NCBI GenBank assembly: GCA_025455945.1
Contig: JALOLN010000001.1
Coordinates: forward strand, 1-39,809
DNA: 39,809 nucleotides
From: Actinomycetes bacterium
GTDB lineage: Bacteria; Actinomycetota; Actinomycetes; Prado026
Reading direction: 5' to 3'
Position numbers and translations under genes: made by a program. Positions 13,795 through 23,652 of this stretch are shown piece after piece; the first letter of the stretch is position 1; each line of letters opens with the position of its first letter. Under the pieces are notes generated by a model, which saw only the letters and a program-made list of their open reading frames with translations, did not search any database and was not told the origin of the DNA.

Positions 13795-14459
13795 GGCCGC
13801 ACGACCTTCCTTCCCTCGATGCGCAGGCCGCTGCGGGCCAGCTCCGCGACGGCGCGGACCAGCATGGCCCGCTCCTCGACCTTGATCCGCTCGTGCAGGG
13901 CGGCCTCGTCGTCGCCTTCCAGGACAGGCACTGCCACCTGGTCGATGATCGGGCCGGTGTCGACACCGTCGTCCACGACGAACAGCGTGCACCCGGTGAC
14001 CCTGACCCCGTACGCCAGGGCGTCTCTGACCCCGTGCATGCCGGGGAACGCGGGCAGCAGCGCCGGGTGGGTGTTGACGAACCGCCCGCCGAACCGGCCC
14101 AGGAAGGCGGGCCCGACCAGGCGCATGAAGCCGGCCGACACGACCAGGCCCGGGTCGTGGACGGCGACCGCCGCGGTGAAGGCGGCGTCCCAGTCCGCAC
14201 GCGACGGGTGGTCGGACACCGGACACACGAAGGTCGGGACCCCCGCCGCACGCGCCCGGTCCAGGGCCGCAATGCCGTCCCGGTCGGCGCCGACCGCGAC
14301 CACGCGGGCCGGGAACGCGGGGTCGCTGGTGGCGTCCAGCAGGGCCTGCAGGGTGCTGCCCGTGCCCGAGACCAGGACCACGACGCGGAGCGGCTCCGCG
14401 AGGGGCTGTGCCGACGCGACCGCCACGGTGCGGCACGATACCGCCGTGTCCGAACCCAT
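13791..14459 (-). CDS. purN: phosphoribosylglycinamide formyltransferase
   Basis: [31 protein letters not shown] and HERIKVEE motifs are present. The start is uncertain. ATG 14459 has a G-rich upstream stretch. GTG 14426 would give a shorter, more typical N-terminus. Confidence 0.85.
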   Translation of the reverse strand: MGSDTAVSCRTVAVASAQPLAEPLRVVVLVSGTGSTLQALLDATSDPAFPARVVAVGADRDGIAALDRARAAGVPTFVCPVSDHPSRADWDAAFTAAVAVHDPGLVVSAGFMRLVGPAFLGRFGGRFVNTHPALLPAFPGMHGVRDALAYGVRVTGCTLFVVDDGVDTGPIIDQVAVPVLEGDDEAALHERIKVEERAMLVRAVAELARSGLRIEGRKVVRP

Positions 14460-14853
14460 CCCGCTACCGCCCCCGGTGCCACCTGCGGGGTCGGGTCCCG
14501 ACCTCGTCCGCGCCGGCCGGGTGGTGCTGGCTGCCGGGCTGGCCGCGATGGTCCTGGCCGTCGTCGTGTTCCCGGTCGGGTTCGCCGTCGGCCTGGGCGC
14601 GGTGCTCGCCGGGCGGCGCACGCTCCGGGCCGCGCGCCGCGCCGGCCGCCCGGCGCCCGGCATGGTGGCCGCCGGGATCACGTTCGGTGCCGTCGCCATG
14701 CTCCTGGCCGCCCTCGTCACCGCCGTGCTCGTCTGGCTGTGGCCGGAGGTGTCGGCCTACCAGGACTGCATGGCCGGGGCCAACACCGAGCTGGCGCGCA
14801 CCGCGTGCGAGGACGCGCTCCTCGACTCCCTGGGGGAACGGCTGGGGGGCTGA
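14428..14853 (+). CDS. small membrane protein (DUF4190-like, two TM helices, Cys-containing C-terminal tail)
   Basis: This is the last ~140 aa of the frame of track ORF 12235..14853. It has a Pro-rich N-terminus, two hydrophobic helices flanking an Arg-rich loop ([19 protein letters not shown]), and high GC3 from about 14500. The start is uncertain (GTG 14428, 14446, 14476 or 14521). Confidence 0.45.
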   Translation: MRHDTAVSEPIPLPPPVPPAGSGPDLVRAGRVVLAAGLAAMVLAVVVFPVGFAVGLGAVLAGRRTLRAARRAGRPAPGMVAAGITFGAVAMLLAALVTAVLVWLWPEVSAYQDCMAGANTELARTACEDALLDSLGERLGG

Positions 14854-14995
14854 GTGCAGGGGACCTAGGGCACTGGTGGCGAGAGCCGACCGCGGCAGGA
14901 GACTGGCGTTGAGGGAGCCTGGGACCCGGATGCCCCAGGAGCGTCAGGCCGCAGCGGGCGGCCGGGTGGGTTCAGGCCGAAGGGGGCCCGGCGAG

Positions 14996-15445
14996 ATGAC
15001 CACCGAGTTGTTGCACAAGCGCAGCGTGCACATCGACGCACCGGTGGAGAAGGTCTTCGACTACGTCAAGGACCCGCACCACTTCTTCGCGGCGTTCCCC
15101 GAGAAGGACCGCAGCCACATGGCGCTGGCCGAGGAGAGCCTCACCCCGGAGGGGGTCGGGTCGACCTGGAAGATCATGGGCCGGATCTTCCTGCTGTTCT
15201 ACGGGGAGTGGGTGCTGACGCGGGAGGAGTACGTGCCCAACGGGCGCATCGTGGACCACGCGAACCTCGGCGGGGTGTGGGACTACACGTTCGAGCCCGA
15301 CGAGACCGGCACGACGCTGTCCATAGGTTTCGGGTGGTCCAGCAAGGTGCCGTTCCTGGGCGAGGTGATCGACCGGGTGTCCTGGGACGGTGACCGTGAC
15401 CTGGATCTCGTGCTGGGCAACCTGAAGAAGGCCATCGAGTCCTGA
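14996..15445 (+). CDS. SRPBCC (START/Bet v1-like) superfamily protein
   Basis: The 149 aa begin MTTELLHKRSVHIDAPVEKVFDYVKDPHHFF, a typical SRPBCC N-terminus. An AAGGGGG Shine-Dalgarno lies about 8 nt upstream of ATG 14996. Confidence 0.75.
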   Translation: MTTELLHKRSVHIDAPVEKVFDYVKDPHHFFAAFPEKDRSHMALAEESLTPEGVGSTWKIMGRIFLLFYGEWVLTREEYVPNGRIVDHANLGGVWDYTFEPDETGTTLSIGFGWSSKVPFLGEVIDRVSWDGDRDLDLVLGNLKKAIES

Positions 15446-15470
15446 CGGCGGCGACGCCCACCGGGATCGG

Positions 15471-16733
15471 CTAACGGCCGCGCCGCAGCCGGCGCGGGTC
15501 CAGCGTCTGCGCCACCGGACGCACCCGCGCCGCGGCGGACCCCCTGGCCCGGGCGAGCAGCGCGGCGTGGCGGCGTCCCTCGAAGGCCACCGCGGCGGCG
15601 ACGACACCCACCTCGAGCCCGGCCGCGAGCCCGACCTGGCCGCCCGCCGGACCGAGCACGGCGAGCCGTGCCCCGCCGAGCGACCCGGCGGAGACGGCGG
15701 CGAGGACGCCGAGCAGCGCACCGGCGAGCAGCCCGGCCACCAGGGCCAGCCCCGCCGTCGGCCCGTCGCGCTCGGGGGAGTGCCGGGCGCCGAGGGCGCC
15801 CACGACCGCGCCGGCGACGAGGGGGACGGCGAGCGCCGCCACGGCCAGGGCCGACGGTGCACCGCTGCCGGGCAGCGCACCGAACAGGGGGAACGCCGGG
15901 ACATCGCCCAGCTCGACGCCCGACGGCGCGACCGAGGTGCCCACGCCGACGGCGAACCCGGGCCCCACCGCGAAGGAGGCCGCCCAGGCCAGGGCGCCGG
16001 GAAGCGCGAGCAGACCGAGGACGAGGAGCGCGACGCCGCCGACCGGGTCCGGCCGCAGGGCACGGGTGAGGTCGGTGACCTGCCCGGCGTGCAGCGCCAG
16101 GCTGACCGCGAGCAGCAGCGCTCCCCCGCCGACCAGCACCGCGAACCCCGCGGCCGCCCCACGGGCCGTCAGCCGGACCCGGTGCGGCAGCCGGGCCACC
16201 TGGGGGCCGAGCAGGTCGGCGCCCTGCATGGCCCCGAGGCCGCCGGCGCCGAGCGCGATGGCGCACGCCCCGGCCAGCGTCGACCCCCCGTGCACCGCGA
16301 TCCCGCCGGAGCTCGCCAGGCTAGCCACGAGCGCCACAGTGGTCGCGTAGGTGGCCACGAACGCGGCGACGACGCCGAGCGTGGCGGCGAGCGACCGCTC
16401 CCCGGCGACGCGGCCGGCCCAGCGGGCCGCCCGCCAGCAGACGACGGCGGGCACGACGAGCAGTCCCAGCGGGACCAGGGAGAGGGTGCCCGTCGGGGTC
16501 TGCAGGTCGGCGTGGTGGGCGAGCAGCCAGCCCAGGACCCCGGCGCGCAGCGCGTCACCGGGTCCGGTGCCGTCGTGCGGCGCGGCCACCCACACCACGA
16601 GGACCGGCACGGCGACCACCGCGAGACCGAGCACCACCGCCCACAGGGCGGCCGCCGCGCCGGATGCCAGCGGGGAGCGTGGCGGAGGCGACGCGGGCCC
16701 CGCCGAACGGGGCCGTTCGAGCGTGACGGTCAC
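15471..16733 (-). CDS. polytopic membrane protein, PerM-like (DUF6350)
   Basis: The 420-aa ORF has about 10 TM segments and is Ala/Gly/Leu-rich. It sits between sucD and purN, as perM (Rv0955) does in M. tuberculosis (from memory). The family assignment rests on synteny and topology, not on a motif. Confidence 0.65.
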   Translation of the reverse strand: MTVTLERPRSAGPASPPPRSPLASGAAAALWAVVLGLAVVAVPVLVVWVAAPHDGTGPGDALRAGVLGWLLAHHADLQTPTGTLSLVPLGLLVVPAVVCWRAARWAGRVAGERSLAATLGVVAAFVATYATTVALVASLASSGGIAVHGGSTLAGACAIALGAGGLGAMQGADLLGPQVARLPHRVRLTARGAAAGFAVLVGGGALLLAVSLALHAGQVTDLTRALRPDPVGGVALLVLGLLALPGALAWAASFAVGPGFAVGVGTSVAPSGVELGDVPAFPLFGALPGSGAPSALAVAALAVPLVAGAVVGALGARHSPERDGPTAGLALVAGLLAGALLGVLAAVSAGSLGGARLAVLGPAGGQVGLAAGLEVGVVAAAVAFEGRRHAALLARARGSAAARVRPVAQTLDPRRLRRGR

Positions 16734-16813
16734 ATCGACGATCGTCGCAAACCGGACACCCCGCGGCCCGCTTCGCCACGCGGGTCACCCCCACCCGCTG
16801 CGGGGAGGGGCGG

Positions 16814-17686
16814 TCAGCGACCCGTGATGATCTCGCGCATCAGCCGGGCGGTCTCGCTGGGCGTCTTGCCGACGCGCACGCCGACCGCCTCGAGGGCTTC
16901 CTTCTTCGCCGCCGCGGTCCCGGACGAGCCCGACACGATCGCTCCGGCGTGACCCATGGTCTTGCCCTCGGGGGCGGTGAACCCGGCGACGTAGCCGACC
17001 ACCGGCTTGGTCACCTGCTCGGCGATGAACGCGGCGGCCCGCTCCTCGGCGTCCCCCCCGATCTCGCCGATCATCACCACGGCGTCGGTCTCCGGGTCCT
17101 CCTGGAAGGCGGCCAGGGCGTCGATGTGAGTGGTCCCGATGATCGGGTCGCCACCGATCCCGACGCAGGTGGAGAAGCCGATGTCGCGCAGCTCGTACAT
17201 CATCTGGTAGGTCAGCGTGCCGCTCTTGCTGACCAGGCCGATGCGTCCGGGGCCGGTGATGTCGCCCGGGGTGATGCCGGCGTTGGACTTGCCGGGGCTG
17301 ATGACACCGGGGCAGTTCGGGCCGACGATGCGCGTCGTTCCGGCGTTGAGGGCGTACTGGAAGAACGCCGCGGTGTCGTGCACCGGGATGCCCTCGGTGA
17401 TGACGACGCACAACGGCACCGCGCTGTCGATGGTCTCCTGGACCGCGGACCGGGCGAACTTCGGCGGCACGAACACCACCGAGACGTTCGCCCCGGTGGC
17501 CGCGACGGCTGCGGCGACGTCGCCGAACACGGGGATGCCGTCGAGCTCCTGGCCGCCCTTGCCGGGGGTCACCCCCGCGACGATGCGACTGCCGCTCGCC
17601 ACCATCCGCCGGGTGTGCTTGGTGCCCTCGGACCCGGTCATCCCCTGCACGAGGATCCGGCTGTTCTCGTCGAGGAAGATCGCCAT
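16814..17686 (-). CDS. sucD: succinate--CoA ligase subunit alpha
   Basis: The 290-aa ORF shows full-length similarity to SucD ([13 protein letters not shown], phosphohistidine loop GHAGAIVSG). Confidence 0.95.
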   Translation of the reverse strand: MAIFLDENSRILVQGMTGSEGTKHTRRMVASGSRIVAGVTPGKGGQELDGIPVFGDVAAAVAATGANVSVVFVPPKFARSAVQETIDSAVPLCVVITEGIPVHDTAAFFQYALNAGTTRIVGPNCPGVISPGKSNAGITPGDITGPGRIGLVSKSGTLTYQMMYELRDIGFSTCVGIGGDPIIGTTHIDALAAFQEDPETDAVVMIGEIGGDAEERAAAFIAEQVTKPVVGYVAGFTAPEGKTMGHAGAIVSGSSGTAAAKKEALEAVGVRVGKTPSETARLMREIITGR

Positions 17687-17700
17687 GGTGTGTCGTCCCC

Positions 17701-18879
17701 TTACTTCGCCGCAGCGGCGAGCTCGGCGATCCGGCGGGCCGCGTCGTCCATGGTCTCCACCAGCTCGATGACGTCGTGCTCGGCCTCGTCGAGGATGCGT
17801 CGGCCCTCGGCGGCGTTGTTGCCGTCGATGCGACAGACGATGGGCTTGGTCACGTGCTCACCCCGGGCCGCGAGCATCTCCATGGCCTGGACGATGCCGT
17901 CAGCGACCGCGTCGCAGGCCGTGATGCCACCGAACACGTTGACCAGCACGGCCTTGACCTCGGGGTCGTTGAGCACGATGTCCAGGCCGTTGGCCATCAC
18001 CTGGGCGCTCGCGCCCCCGCCGATGTCGAGGAAGTTGGCCGGCCGGACGCCGCCGAACTCCTCCCCGGCGTAGGCCACGACGTCGAGGGTGGACATCACC
18101 AGCCCGGCGCCGTTGCCGATGACGCCGACCTCCCCGGACAGCTTGACGTAGTTGAGGTCGAACTCCTGGGCCCGCAGCTCCAGCGGGTCCGTGGTGCTCT
18201 GGTCCACGAGGTCGGCGTGCGAGGCGTGCCGGTAGTGGGCGTTGTCGTCCAGGGTGACCTTGCCGTCCAGGGCGATGACCCGACCGTCGGGCGTCTTCAC
18301 CAGGGGGTTGACCTCGACCAGCGTCGCGTCCTCCTCCACCATCACCCGCCACAGCTGCTGCAGCACGGCGACGACCTGGTCCTTGAGGTCCGCAGGGAAC
18401 CGAGCGGCTTCGAAGATCTCCACCGCCTTGGCCTCGGTCACCCCCTCGAGGGCGTCGACGCGGACCTTGGCGAGGGCCTCGGGCTTGGTCGCCGCCACCT
18501 CCTCGATGTCCATGCCGCCCTCGACGCTGGCCATGGCGAGGAACGACCGCTCCGCCCGGTCGAGCAGGAACGAGACGTAGTACTCCTCGGCGATGTCGCA
18601 GGCCTCGGTCACCAGGACCTTGCGCACGGTGTGGCCCTTGATGTCCATCCCGAGGATCGCCGAGGCCTTCTTGTAGGCCTCGTCGGGGTCCACCGCCAGC
18701 TTCACCCCGCCGGCCTTGCCGCGGCCGCCGGTCTTGACCTGGGCCTTGACGACGACGGTGGTCCCGATCTTGTTCGCCGCGACCTTGGCGGCGTCTGGGG
18801 TGGTGCAGACCTCCCCGGGGACCAAGGGGACGCCGTGCATGTCGAACAGGTGCTTGGCCTGGTACTCGTAGAGGTCCAC
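17701..18879 (-). CDS. sucC: ADP-forming succinate--CoA ligase subunit beta
   Basis: The 392 aa begin [18 protein letters not shown] (GTG 18879, with a GGACGGAG Shine-Dalgarno upstream). An ATP-grasp domain and a CoA-ligase domain are present. It lies 14 nt upstream of sucD. Confidence 0.95.
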   Translation of the reverse strand: MDLYEYQAKHLFDMHGVPLVPGEVCTTPDAAKVAANKIGTTVVVKAQVKTGGRGKAGGVKLAVDPDEAYKKASAILGMDIKGHTVRKVLVTEACDIAEEYYVSFLLDRAERSFLAMASVEGGMDIEEVAATKPEALAKVRVDALEGVTEAKAVEIFEAARFPADLKDQVVAVLQQLWRVMVEEDATLVEVNPLVKTPDGRVIALDGKVTLDDNAHYRHASHADLVDQSTTDPLELRAQEFDLNYVKLSGEVGVIGNGAGLVMSTLDVVAYAGEEFGGVRPANFLDIGGGASAQVMANGLDIVLNDPEVKAVLVNVFGGITACDAVADGIVQAMEMLAARGEHVTKPIVCRIDGNNAAEGRRILDEAEHDVIELVETMDDAARRIAELAAAAK

Positions 18880-18966
18880 CCTGCGCTCCGTCCGTCGGAG
18901 ACGATCGCTTCGAGCGCAGCGTAGACGCCGGCGCGCCGGCTCCCCCACGCGGGTCCGGCGCAGCGC

Positions 18967-19392
18967 CTACGCGGTGGCGTGCTCCCCCACGTGGGCCCGC
19001 ACCCAGTCGACGATGTCGTGCGTCGGGGTGCCGGGGGTGAAGACCTTCGCCACCCCCATCGCGGTCAGCTCGGGCAGGTCGTCCTCGGGGATGATCCCGC
19101 CCCCGAACACGACGATGTCCGCCGCGCCGCGCGCCTGCAGCAGCTCGAGGACCTTGGCGAACAGGGTCATGTGCGCGCCGGAGAGGACCGACAGCCCCAC
19201 GGCGTCCGCGTCCTCCTGGATGGCGGTCTCGACGATCTGCTCCGGGGTCTGGTGCAGCCCGGTGTAGACCACCTCGACGCCGGCGTCGCGCAGCGCTCGG
19301 GCCACGACCTTGGCGCCGCGGTCGTGACCGTCGAGGCCGGGCTTGGCGACGACCACGCGGATGGGAGCGGAAGCCGGGGCGGACTCGGTCAC
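18967..19392 (-). CDS. stand-alone cobalamin (B12)-binding domain protein, acyl-CoA mutase small subunit (IcmB/MCM C-terminal domain-like)
   Basis: [28 protein letters not shown] contains the DxHxxG base-off B12 motif, followed by GLSVLSGAH and FGGGIIP. I chose the GTG at 19392, which gives 141 aa, the size I recall for IcmB-type subunits. Confidence 0.8.
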   Translation of the reverse strand: MTESAPASAPIRVVVAKPGLDGHDRGAKVVARALRDAGVEVVYTGLHQTPEQIVETAIQEDADAVGLSVLSGAHMTLFAKVLELLQARGAADIVVFGGGIIPEDDLPELTAMGVAKVFTPGTPTHDIVDWVRAHVGEHATA

Positions 19393-19517
19393 GGCGCACC
19401 TCCGGTGCTGCGGCCCTGCGGTTCGAACCGGGCGGGCCGGGACTCCCGGCCCGGGCTCCGAGCCTAACGAATCCGCCACGCCCGGCGCGTGCGGGACCCC
19501 GGCGCAGCCGGCGTCGC

Positions 19518-19523
19518 TAGGGT
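19518..19523 (+). promoter_or_regulatory. candidate -10 hexamer TAGGGT upstream of the lipase-like gene
   Basis: A plus-strand TAGGGT sits in the 208-nt divergent intergenic region, 77 nt before ATG 19601. Confidence 0.25.
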
Positions 19524-19600
19524 GTGCGACCGTGCCGGAGGGGCCCGCAGCCAGCCGTGGGCGCCAGCCGGCCCGGGCGTCGAGTGCGAGGCGAGGTGCG

Positions 19601-20554
19601 ATGGGGCAGCGTCAGGATCGTTTCCTCCAGGTCCGCCGGACCACCCGCACCGGGCTGCGCCGCATGCTCTCCCCCACCGGGCTGCGCGCCGGCGCCGTCG
19701 AGCTGGCCTGGGTGACCACCCACCTGGTGATGTACCCGCTGGGCATCGCCGAGGAGAAGGCCCGCGAGGAGGCGGAGCGGTTCTCGCTGCACGGGCTGCC
19801 ACCCGTGCAGCGGGGCCTGGTGATCGGGGACGTCGAGGCGGCCGGGACGCCGATCCTGCTGGTGCACGGGGTCACCGACAACCGGTCGATCTTCACCGTG
19901 CTGCGCCGCGGACTGCGCCGCAAGGGCTTCGGACGGGTCACCTCGGTCAACTACAGCCAGCTCAGCGAGGACGTCCGCACCGTGGCGCTGCGGCTGTCGG
20001 AGGTCGTCGAGGCCATCTGCGCGGACACCGGCTACGAGCGGGTCCACGTCATCGGGCACTCCATGGGCGGCCTGGTGGCGCGCTACTACGTGCAGCGGCT
20101 CGGTGGCGACCAGCGGGTGCACACGGTCGTCACGCTCGGCACCCCGCACGCGGGCACCTTCCCGGCCCGGCTGGTCCCCCACCCGGTGGCCCGGCAGATG
20201 CGTCCGCACAGCGACGTCCTGGCCGAGCTCGCCGAGCCCGCGCCGGGCTGCCGGACGCGGTTCGTGTCGTTCTGGTCCGACTTCGACCAGATGATCATCC
20301 CGAAGCGGTCGGCCCGCCTCGAGCACCCGGACCTGATGGCCCGCAACGTCTTCGTCCGCGGCGTCGGGCACATGTCGCTGCCCATCGACGGCCGGGTCGT
20401 GCACGAGATCTGCGCGACCCTCGCCCACCTCGACCACGACGGGACGACGCTCACCGCCGGGGTGACCTCCATCACCAGCGAGTCCACGGCGCGCACCAGC
20501 CGTCCCCGGGCAGTCACTCAGAGTCATCAACAACTTCGCAGGGCGTCACGCTGA
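19601..20554 (+). CDS. alpha/beta hydrolase, lipase/esterase-like
   Basis: The protein has a GHSMGG nucleophile elbow and the segments [10 protein letters not shown] and [10 protein letters not shown] chose ATG 19601 (MGQRQDRF...). The last ~15 codons are unusually AT-rich for this genome. Confidence 0.8.
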   Translation: MGQRQDRFLQVRRTTRTGLRRMLSPTGLRAGAVELAWVTTHLVMYPLGIAEEKAREEAERFSLHGLPPVQRGLVIGDVEAAGTPILLVHGVTDNRSIFTVLRRGLRRKGFGRVTSVNYSQLSEDVRTVALRLSEVVEAICADTGYERVHVIGHSMGGLVARYYVQRLGGDQRVHTVVTLGTPHAGTFPARLVPHPVARQMRPHSDVLAELAEPAPGCRTRFVSFWSDFDQMIIPKRSARLEHPDLMARNVFVRGVGHMSLPIDGRVVHEICATLAHLDHDGTTLTAGVTSITSESTARTSRPRAVTQSHQQLRRASR

Positions 20555-21283
20555 GTGGCGGACCGGGCGTCCGGTCCGGCATCCTTGCGCCTCGTGCCCC
20601 TTGTGCCCCTCGCCGCCGTCCCCGTGGTCAGCGCGGTCATGGGCCTGCTCGCCCTCGCGGCGACAACCGCCCCGTCGACCACGGCACCGCCGGCCGCGCG
20701 GGCCGTCGACCGGCCGGTCGCCCTGGTGGCGACGGCCGGCATCGACCCGTTCGTGGCCGCCGGGTGGCGCCGGGCCGCTGACCTGGAGCGGGCCGAGCTC
20801 ACCTCACGGGCGAGCCGCGCGACCCCGGCCCGGGTCGCCCCGCCACCGCCGGCCACCGCAGCCGCCCGGCCCGCAGCGCCGCGCGTCGTGCTCCCGCTCG
20901 CCGGCGGCTACCGGCTCACCGCCCGGTTCGCCGAGTCCGGCGGGCGCTGGCACGGCAACCGGCACACCGGCCAGGACTTCGCGGCCCGGTGGGGGACACC
21001 CGTGCGTGCGGTCGCGGCGGGAGTGGTCCGGTCCAGCGGATACCGGGGCAGCTACGGGCTGCGGGTCGAGATCCGGCACGCCGACGGCGCCATCACGACC
21101 TACAGCCACCTGGGCTCCTCCGGCGTCCGCGCCGGCGAGCGGGTCGCGGCGGGTGAGCGGATCGGACGGGTCGGGACCTCCGGGAACACCACGGGTGCGC
21201 ACCTGCACCTCGAGGTGCTGCTCGGCCCGGACCGGTTCACCGACCCGCTGCAGTGGCTGCGGGCGCACGGCGCCCGGCCCTGA
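20555..21283 (+). CDS. M23-family metallopeptidase (LytM-like), membrane-anchored or secreted
   Basis: HTGQDF (HxxxD) and AHLHLEV (HxH) zinc motifs are present, with an N-terminal hydrophobic segment. The GTG at 20555 directly follows the lipase stop. Later starts are possible (for example ATG 20639). Confidence 0.85.
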   Translation: MADRASGPASLRLVPLVPLAAVPVVSAVMGLLALAATTAPSTTAPPAARAVDRPVALVATAGIDPFVAAGWRRAADLERAELTSRASRATPARVAPPPPATAAARPAAPRVVLPLAGGYRLTARFAESGGRWHGNRHTGQDFAARWGTPVRAVAAGVVRSSGYRGSYGLRVEIRHADGAITTYSHLGSSGVRAGERVAAGERIGRVGTSGNTTGAHLHLEVLLGPDRFTDPLQWLRAHGARP

Positions 21284-21285
21284 CT

Positions 21286-21316
21286 CCCGACGTGCCCGGG
21301 CCGGCACCGGGGTCGG
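21286..21316. terminator. composite GC hairpin between convergent M23 peptidase and pcrA genes
   Basis: GTGCC (21292-21296) pairs with GGCAC (21303-21307) around the loop CGGGCC. An outer pair, CCGAC (21287-21291) with GTCGG (21312-21316), encloses it. It fills a 33-nt convergent gap. Confidence 0.3.
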
Positions 21317-23581
21317 TCAGAGCTTCTCGACCGGGGCGTAGCGCAGCAGCAGCCGCTTGACCCCCGACGTGCCGAAGTCGACGCTCGCGACGGCCCGTTC
21401 GCCCACGCCCTCGAGGGCCACCACGGTGCCGAGGCCGAAGGAGTCGTGACTGACCCGGTCGCCGGGCACCAGGGCCGGCACCGGCCGGTTGCCCGGTGAC
21501 CGGGTGCCCGGCCGGCTGGCCAGGGCCGCCCCCGCCGGGCTGGTCGTCGCCGTCGCGGCGGCGTCCCGCTCCCACTCCACCAGCTCGGCCGGGATCTCGT
21601 CGAGGAAGCGGGAGGCCGGCCAGTACTGCGGGGACCCCCACGCGGACCGGACGACGGCGCGCGAGAGGTACAGCCGCCGCTGCGCCCGGGTGATGCCGAC
21701 GTAGGCGAGGCGGCGCTCCTCCTCCAGCTCGCGCGGGTCGCCGAGCGAGCGCTGGTGGGGGAACACGCCGTCCTCCATGCCGGTGAGGAAGACCACGGGG
21801 AACTCCAGGCCCTTCGCCGTGTGCAGGGTCATCAGGGTGACCATGCCGCCGTGGTCCTCGCCCTCGGGGATCTCGTCGCTGTCGGCCACGAGGGCGACCC
21901 GCTCCAGGAAGTCGGCGAGGGCGCCCTCGGGGTCGAGCTCCTCGAACTCACGGGCGACGGCCTCGAGCTCGCGCAGGTTCTCCACCCGCGTCTGGTCCTG
22001 GGGGTCGGCGGAGGCGGCGAGCTCGCTGAGGTACCCGGTCTGCTCGAGTACCGCCTCGAGCACGGTGGCCGGCCCGGACCCGGCCTCCACCAGGGTGCGC
22101 AGCTCGTCGATGAGGCGGACGAAGCCCTGGACGGCGGTGAGCGACCGGGTCGCCAGCCCGAAGGCCTCGTGGGCGCGGGCCAGCGCCGCCCCGAAGGAGA
22201 TCCGCTCCCGCTCGGCCAGGCCCTCGATGGCCGCCTCGGCCCGGTCGCCGATCCCCCGTCGCGGCACGTTGAGCACCCGGCGCAGCGAGACGGTGTCGTC
22301 GGGGTTGGCCAGCAGCCGCAGGTAGGCCAGCGCGTCGCGGACCTCGCGGCGCTCGTAGAACCGCACGCCCCCGACCACCCGGTAGGGCAGGCCGACCCGG
22401 ATGAACACCTCCTCGAACACCCGGGACTGAGCGTTGGTCCGGTAGAACACCGCCATCTGGCCCGGTGTGGCGTGCCCGGCGTCGTGCAGGTCGTCGATCG
22501 TGCGCGCGACGAAGGCCGCCTCGTCGTGCTCGTTGTCGGCGACGTACCCGACGATCGGCCAGCCCTGGGACGAGTCGGTCCAGAGGTTCTTGGGCTTGCG
22601 GTTGAGGTTGCGGGTGATGACCGCGTTCGCCGCGGAGAGGATCGTCTGGGTGGAACGGTAGTTCTGCTCGAGCAGGATCGTCGTGGCGTCGGGGTAGTCC
22701 TCCTCGAAGGCCAAGATGTTGCGGATCGTGGCGCCGCGGAAGGCGTAGATGGACTGGTCGGCGTCGCCGACGACGCACAGCTCGGCCGGCTCGACGCCGT
22801 CGTCCCCGCGGCCCGCGAGCTCACGCACGAGGACGTACTGCGCGTGGTTGGTGTCCTGGTACTCGTCGACGAGCACGTGCCGGAACCGGCGGTGGTAGTG
22901 CTCGGCCACGTCCGGGAAGGCCTGCAGCAGGTTGACCGTGGTCATGATGAGGTCGTCGAAGTCGAAGGCGTTGGCCTCGCGCAGCCGTCGCTGGTAGCGG
23001 GTGTACGCCTCGGCGAGCGTCTGCTCCAGGTGGTTGCCCGCCCGGGAGGCGAACGTCTCGTGGTCGACCAGGTCGTTCTTGAGGTTGCTCACCTGGGCGG
23101 TGAACGACCGCGGTGGGTACCGCTTGGGGTCGAGGTCGAGCTCGCGGCACACCAGCGTCATCAGCCGCTGGCTGTCCGCGGCGTCGTAGATCGAGAAGGA
23201 CGAGGACACCCCGAGCCGGGCGTGCTGGGCGCGCAGGATGCGCACGCAGGCCGAGTGGAAGGTCGACACCCACATCGCCCGCGCCCGCGGGCCCACCAGC
23301 GCGGCGACCCGCTCCTTCATCTCCCCGGCCGCCTTGTTCGTGAACGTGATGGCGAGGATCTGGCTGGGCTGGGCCCCGCGCGCCGCGAGCTGGTAGGCGA
23401 CGCGGTGCGTGAGCACCCGGGTCTTGCCCGACCCGGCCCCGGCGACGATGAGCAGCGGGCTGCCCTCGTGGACCACCGCGGCCCGCTGCTGGTCGTTGAG
23501 CCCCTCGAGCAGGGCCTCGACGGACGGCACCCCCGGACGAGGGCGGCTCGCCGTCGGCGGCTCGTCGAAGAGGGTGCCCAT
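21317..23581 (-). CDS. pcrA: ATP-dependent DNA helicase PcrA/UvrD (SF1)
   Basis: The 754 aa start at MGTLFDEPP (ATG 23581). Walker A (AGAGSGKT), DEYQDTN and the other SF1 motifs are present. The gene sits where uvrD1 does in mycobacterial synteny (from memory). Confidence 0.95.
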   Translation of the reverse strand: MGTLFDEPPTASRPRPGVPSVEALLEGLNDQQRAAVVHEGSPLLIVAGAGSGKTRVLTHRVAYQLAARGAQPSQILAITFTNKAAGEMKERVAALVGPRARAMWVSTFHSACVRILRAQHARLGVSSSFSIYDAADSQRLMTLVCRELDLDPKRYPPRSFTAQVSNLKNDLVDHETFASRAGNHLEQTLAEAYTRYQRRLREANAFDFDDLIMTTVNLLQAFPDVAEHYHRRFRHVLVDEYQDTNHAQYVLVRELAGRGDDGVEPAELCVVGDADQSIYAFRGATIRNILAFEEDYPDATTILLEQNYRSTQTILSAANAVITRNLNRKPKNLWTDSSQGWPIVGYVADNEHDEAAFVARTIDDLHDAGHATPGQMAVFYRTNAQSRVFEEVFIRVGLPYRVVGGVRFYERREVRDALAYLRLLANPDDTVSLRRVLNVPRRGIGDRAEAAIEGLAERERISFGAALARAHEAFGLATRSLTAVQGFVRLIDELRTLVEAGSGPATVLEAVLEQTGYLSELAASADPQDQTRVENLRELEAVAREFEELDPEGALADFLERVALVADSDEIPEGEDHGGMVTLMTLHTAKGLEFPVVFLTGMEDGVFPHQRSLGDPRELEEERRLAYVGITRAQRRLYLSRAVVRSAWGSPQYWPASRFLDEIPAELVEWERDAAATATTSPAGAALASRPGTRSPGNRPVPALVPGDRVSHDSFGLGTVVALEGVGERAVASVDFGTSGVKRLLLRYAPVEKL

Positions 23582-23652
23582 GACAGGGGCGAGTCTAGGC
23601 GCCGGGTCCGACGACCCCCCGCGCCGTCGGGCCGGGGCAGCGGGGTGCTCCC

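Noticed and set aside
12235-14427. The upstream ~730 aa of plus-strand ORF 12235..14853.
   Set aside because: It lies antisense to purH and purN. Only the last ~140 aa, a two-TM protein downstream of the purN start, look like a possible real gene.
14996-15445. The SRPBCC gene and its 142-nt upstream spacer, which looked slightly less GC-rich, considered as a possible horizontally acquired insertion.
   Set aside because: Third-codon positions are still overwhelmingly G/C, as in neighbouring genes. There are no flanking repeats, tRNA genes or mobility genes. The lower GC is confined to the intergenic spacer, as expected for a promoter region.
19411-19453. The tRNA-like string GGTTCGAACC, together with the adjacent 9-bp GC hairpin CGGGCCGGG-ACT-CCCGGCCCG.
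   Set aside because: CGGTTCGAACCG is just a 12-nt palindrome. I could trace no acceptor stem, anticodon arm or D-arm around it, so it is not a tRNA. The hairpin lies in a 5' or divergent region with no clear function. I also could not recognise a cobalamin riboswitch B12 box anywhere in 19393-19600.
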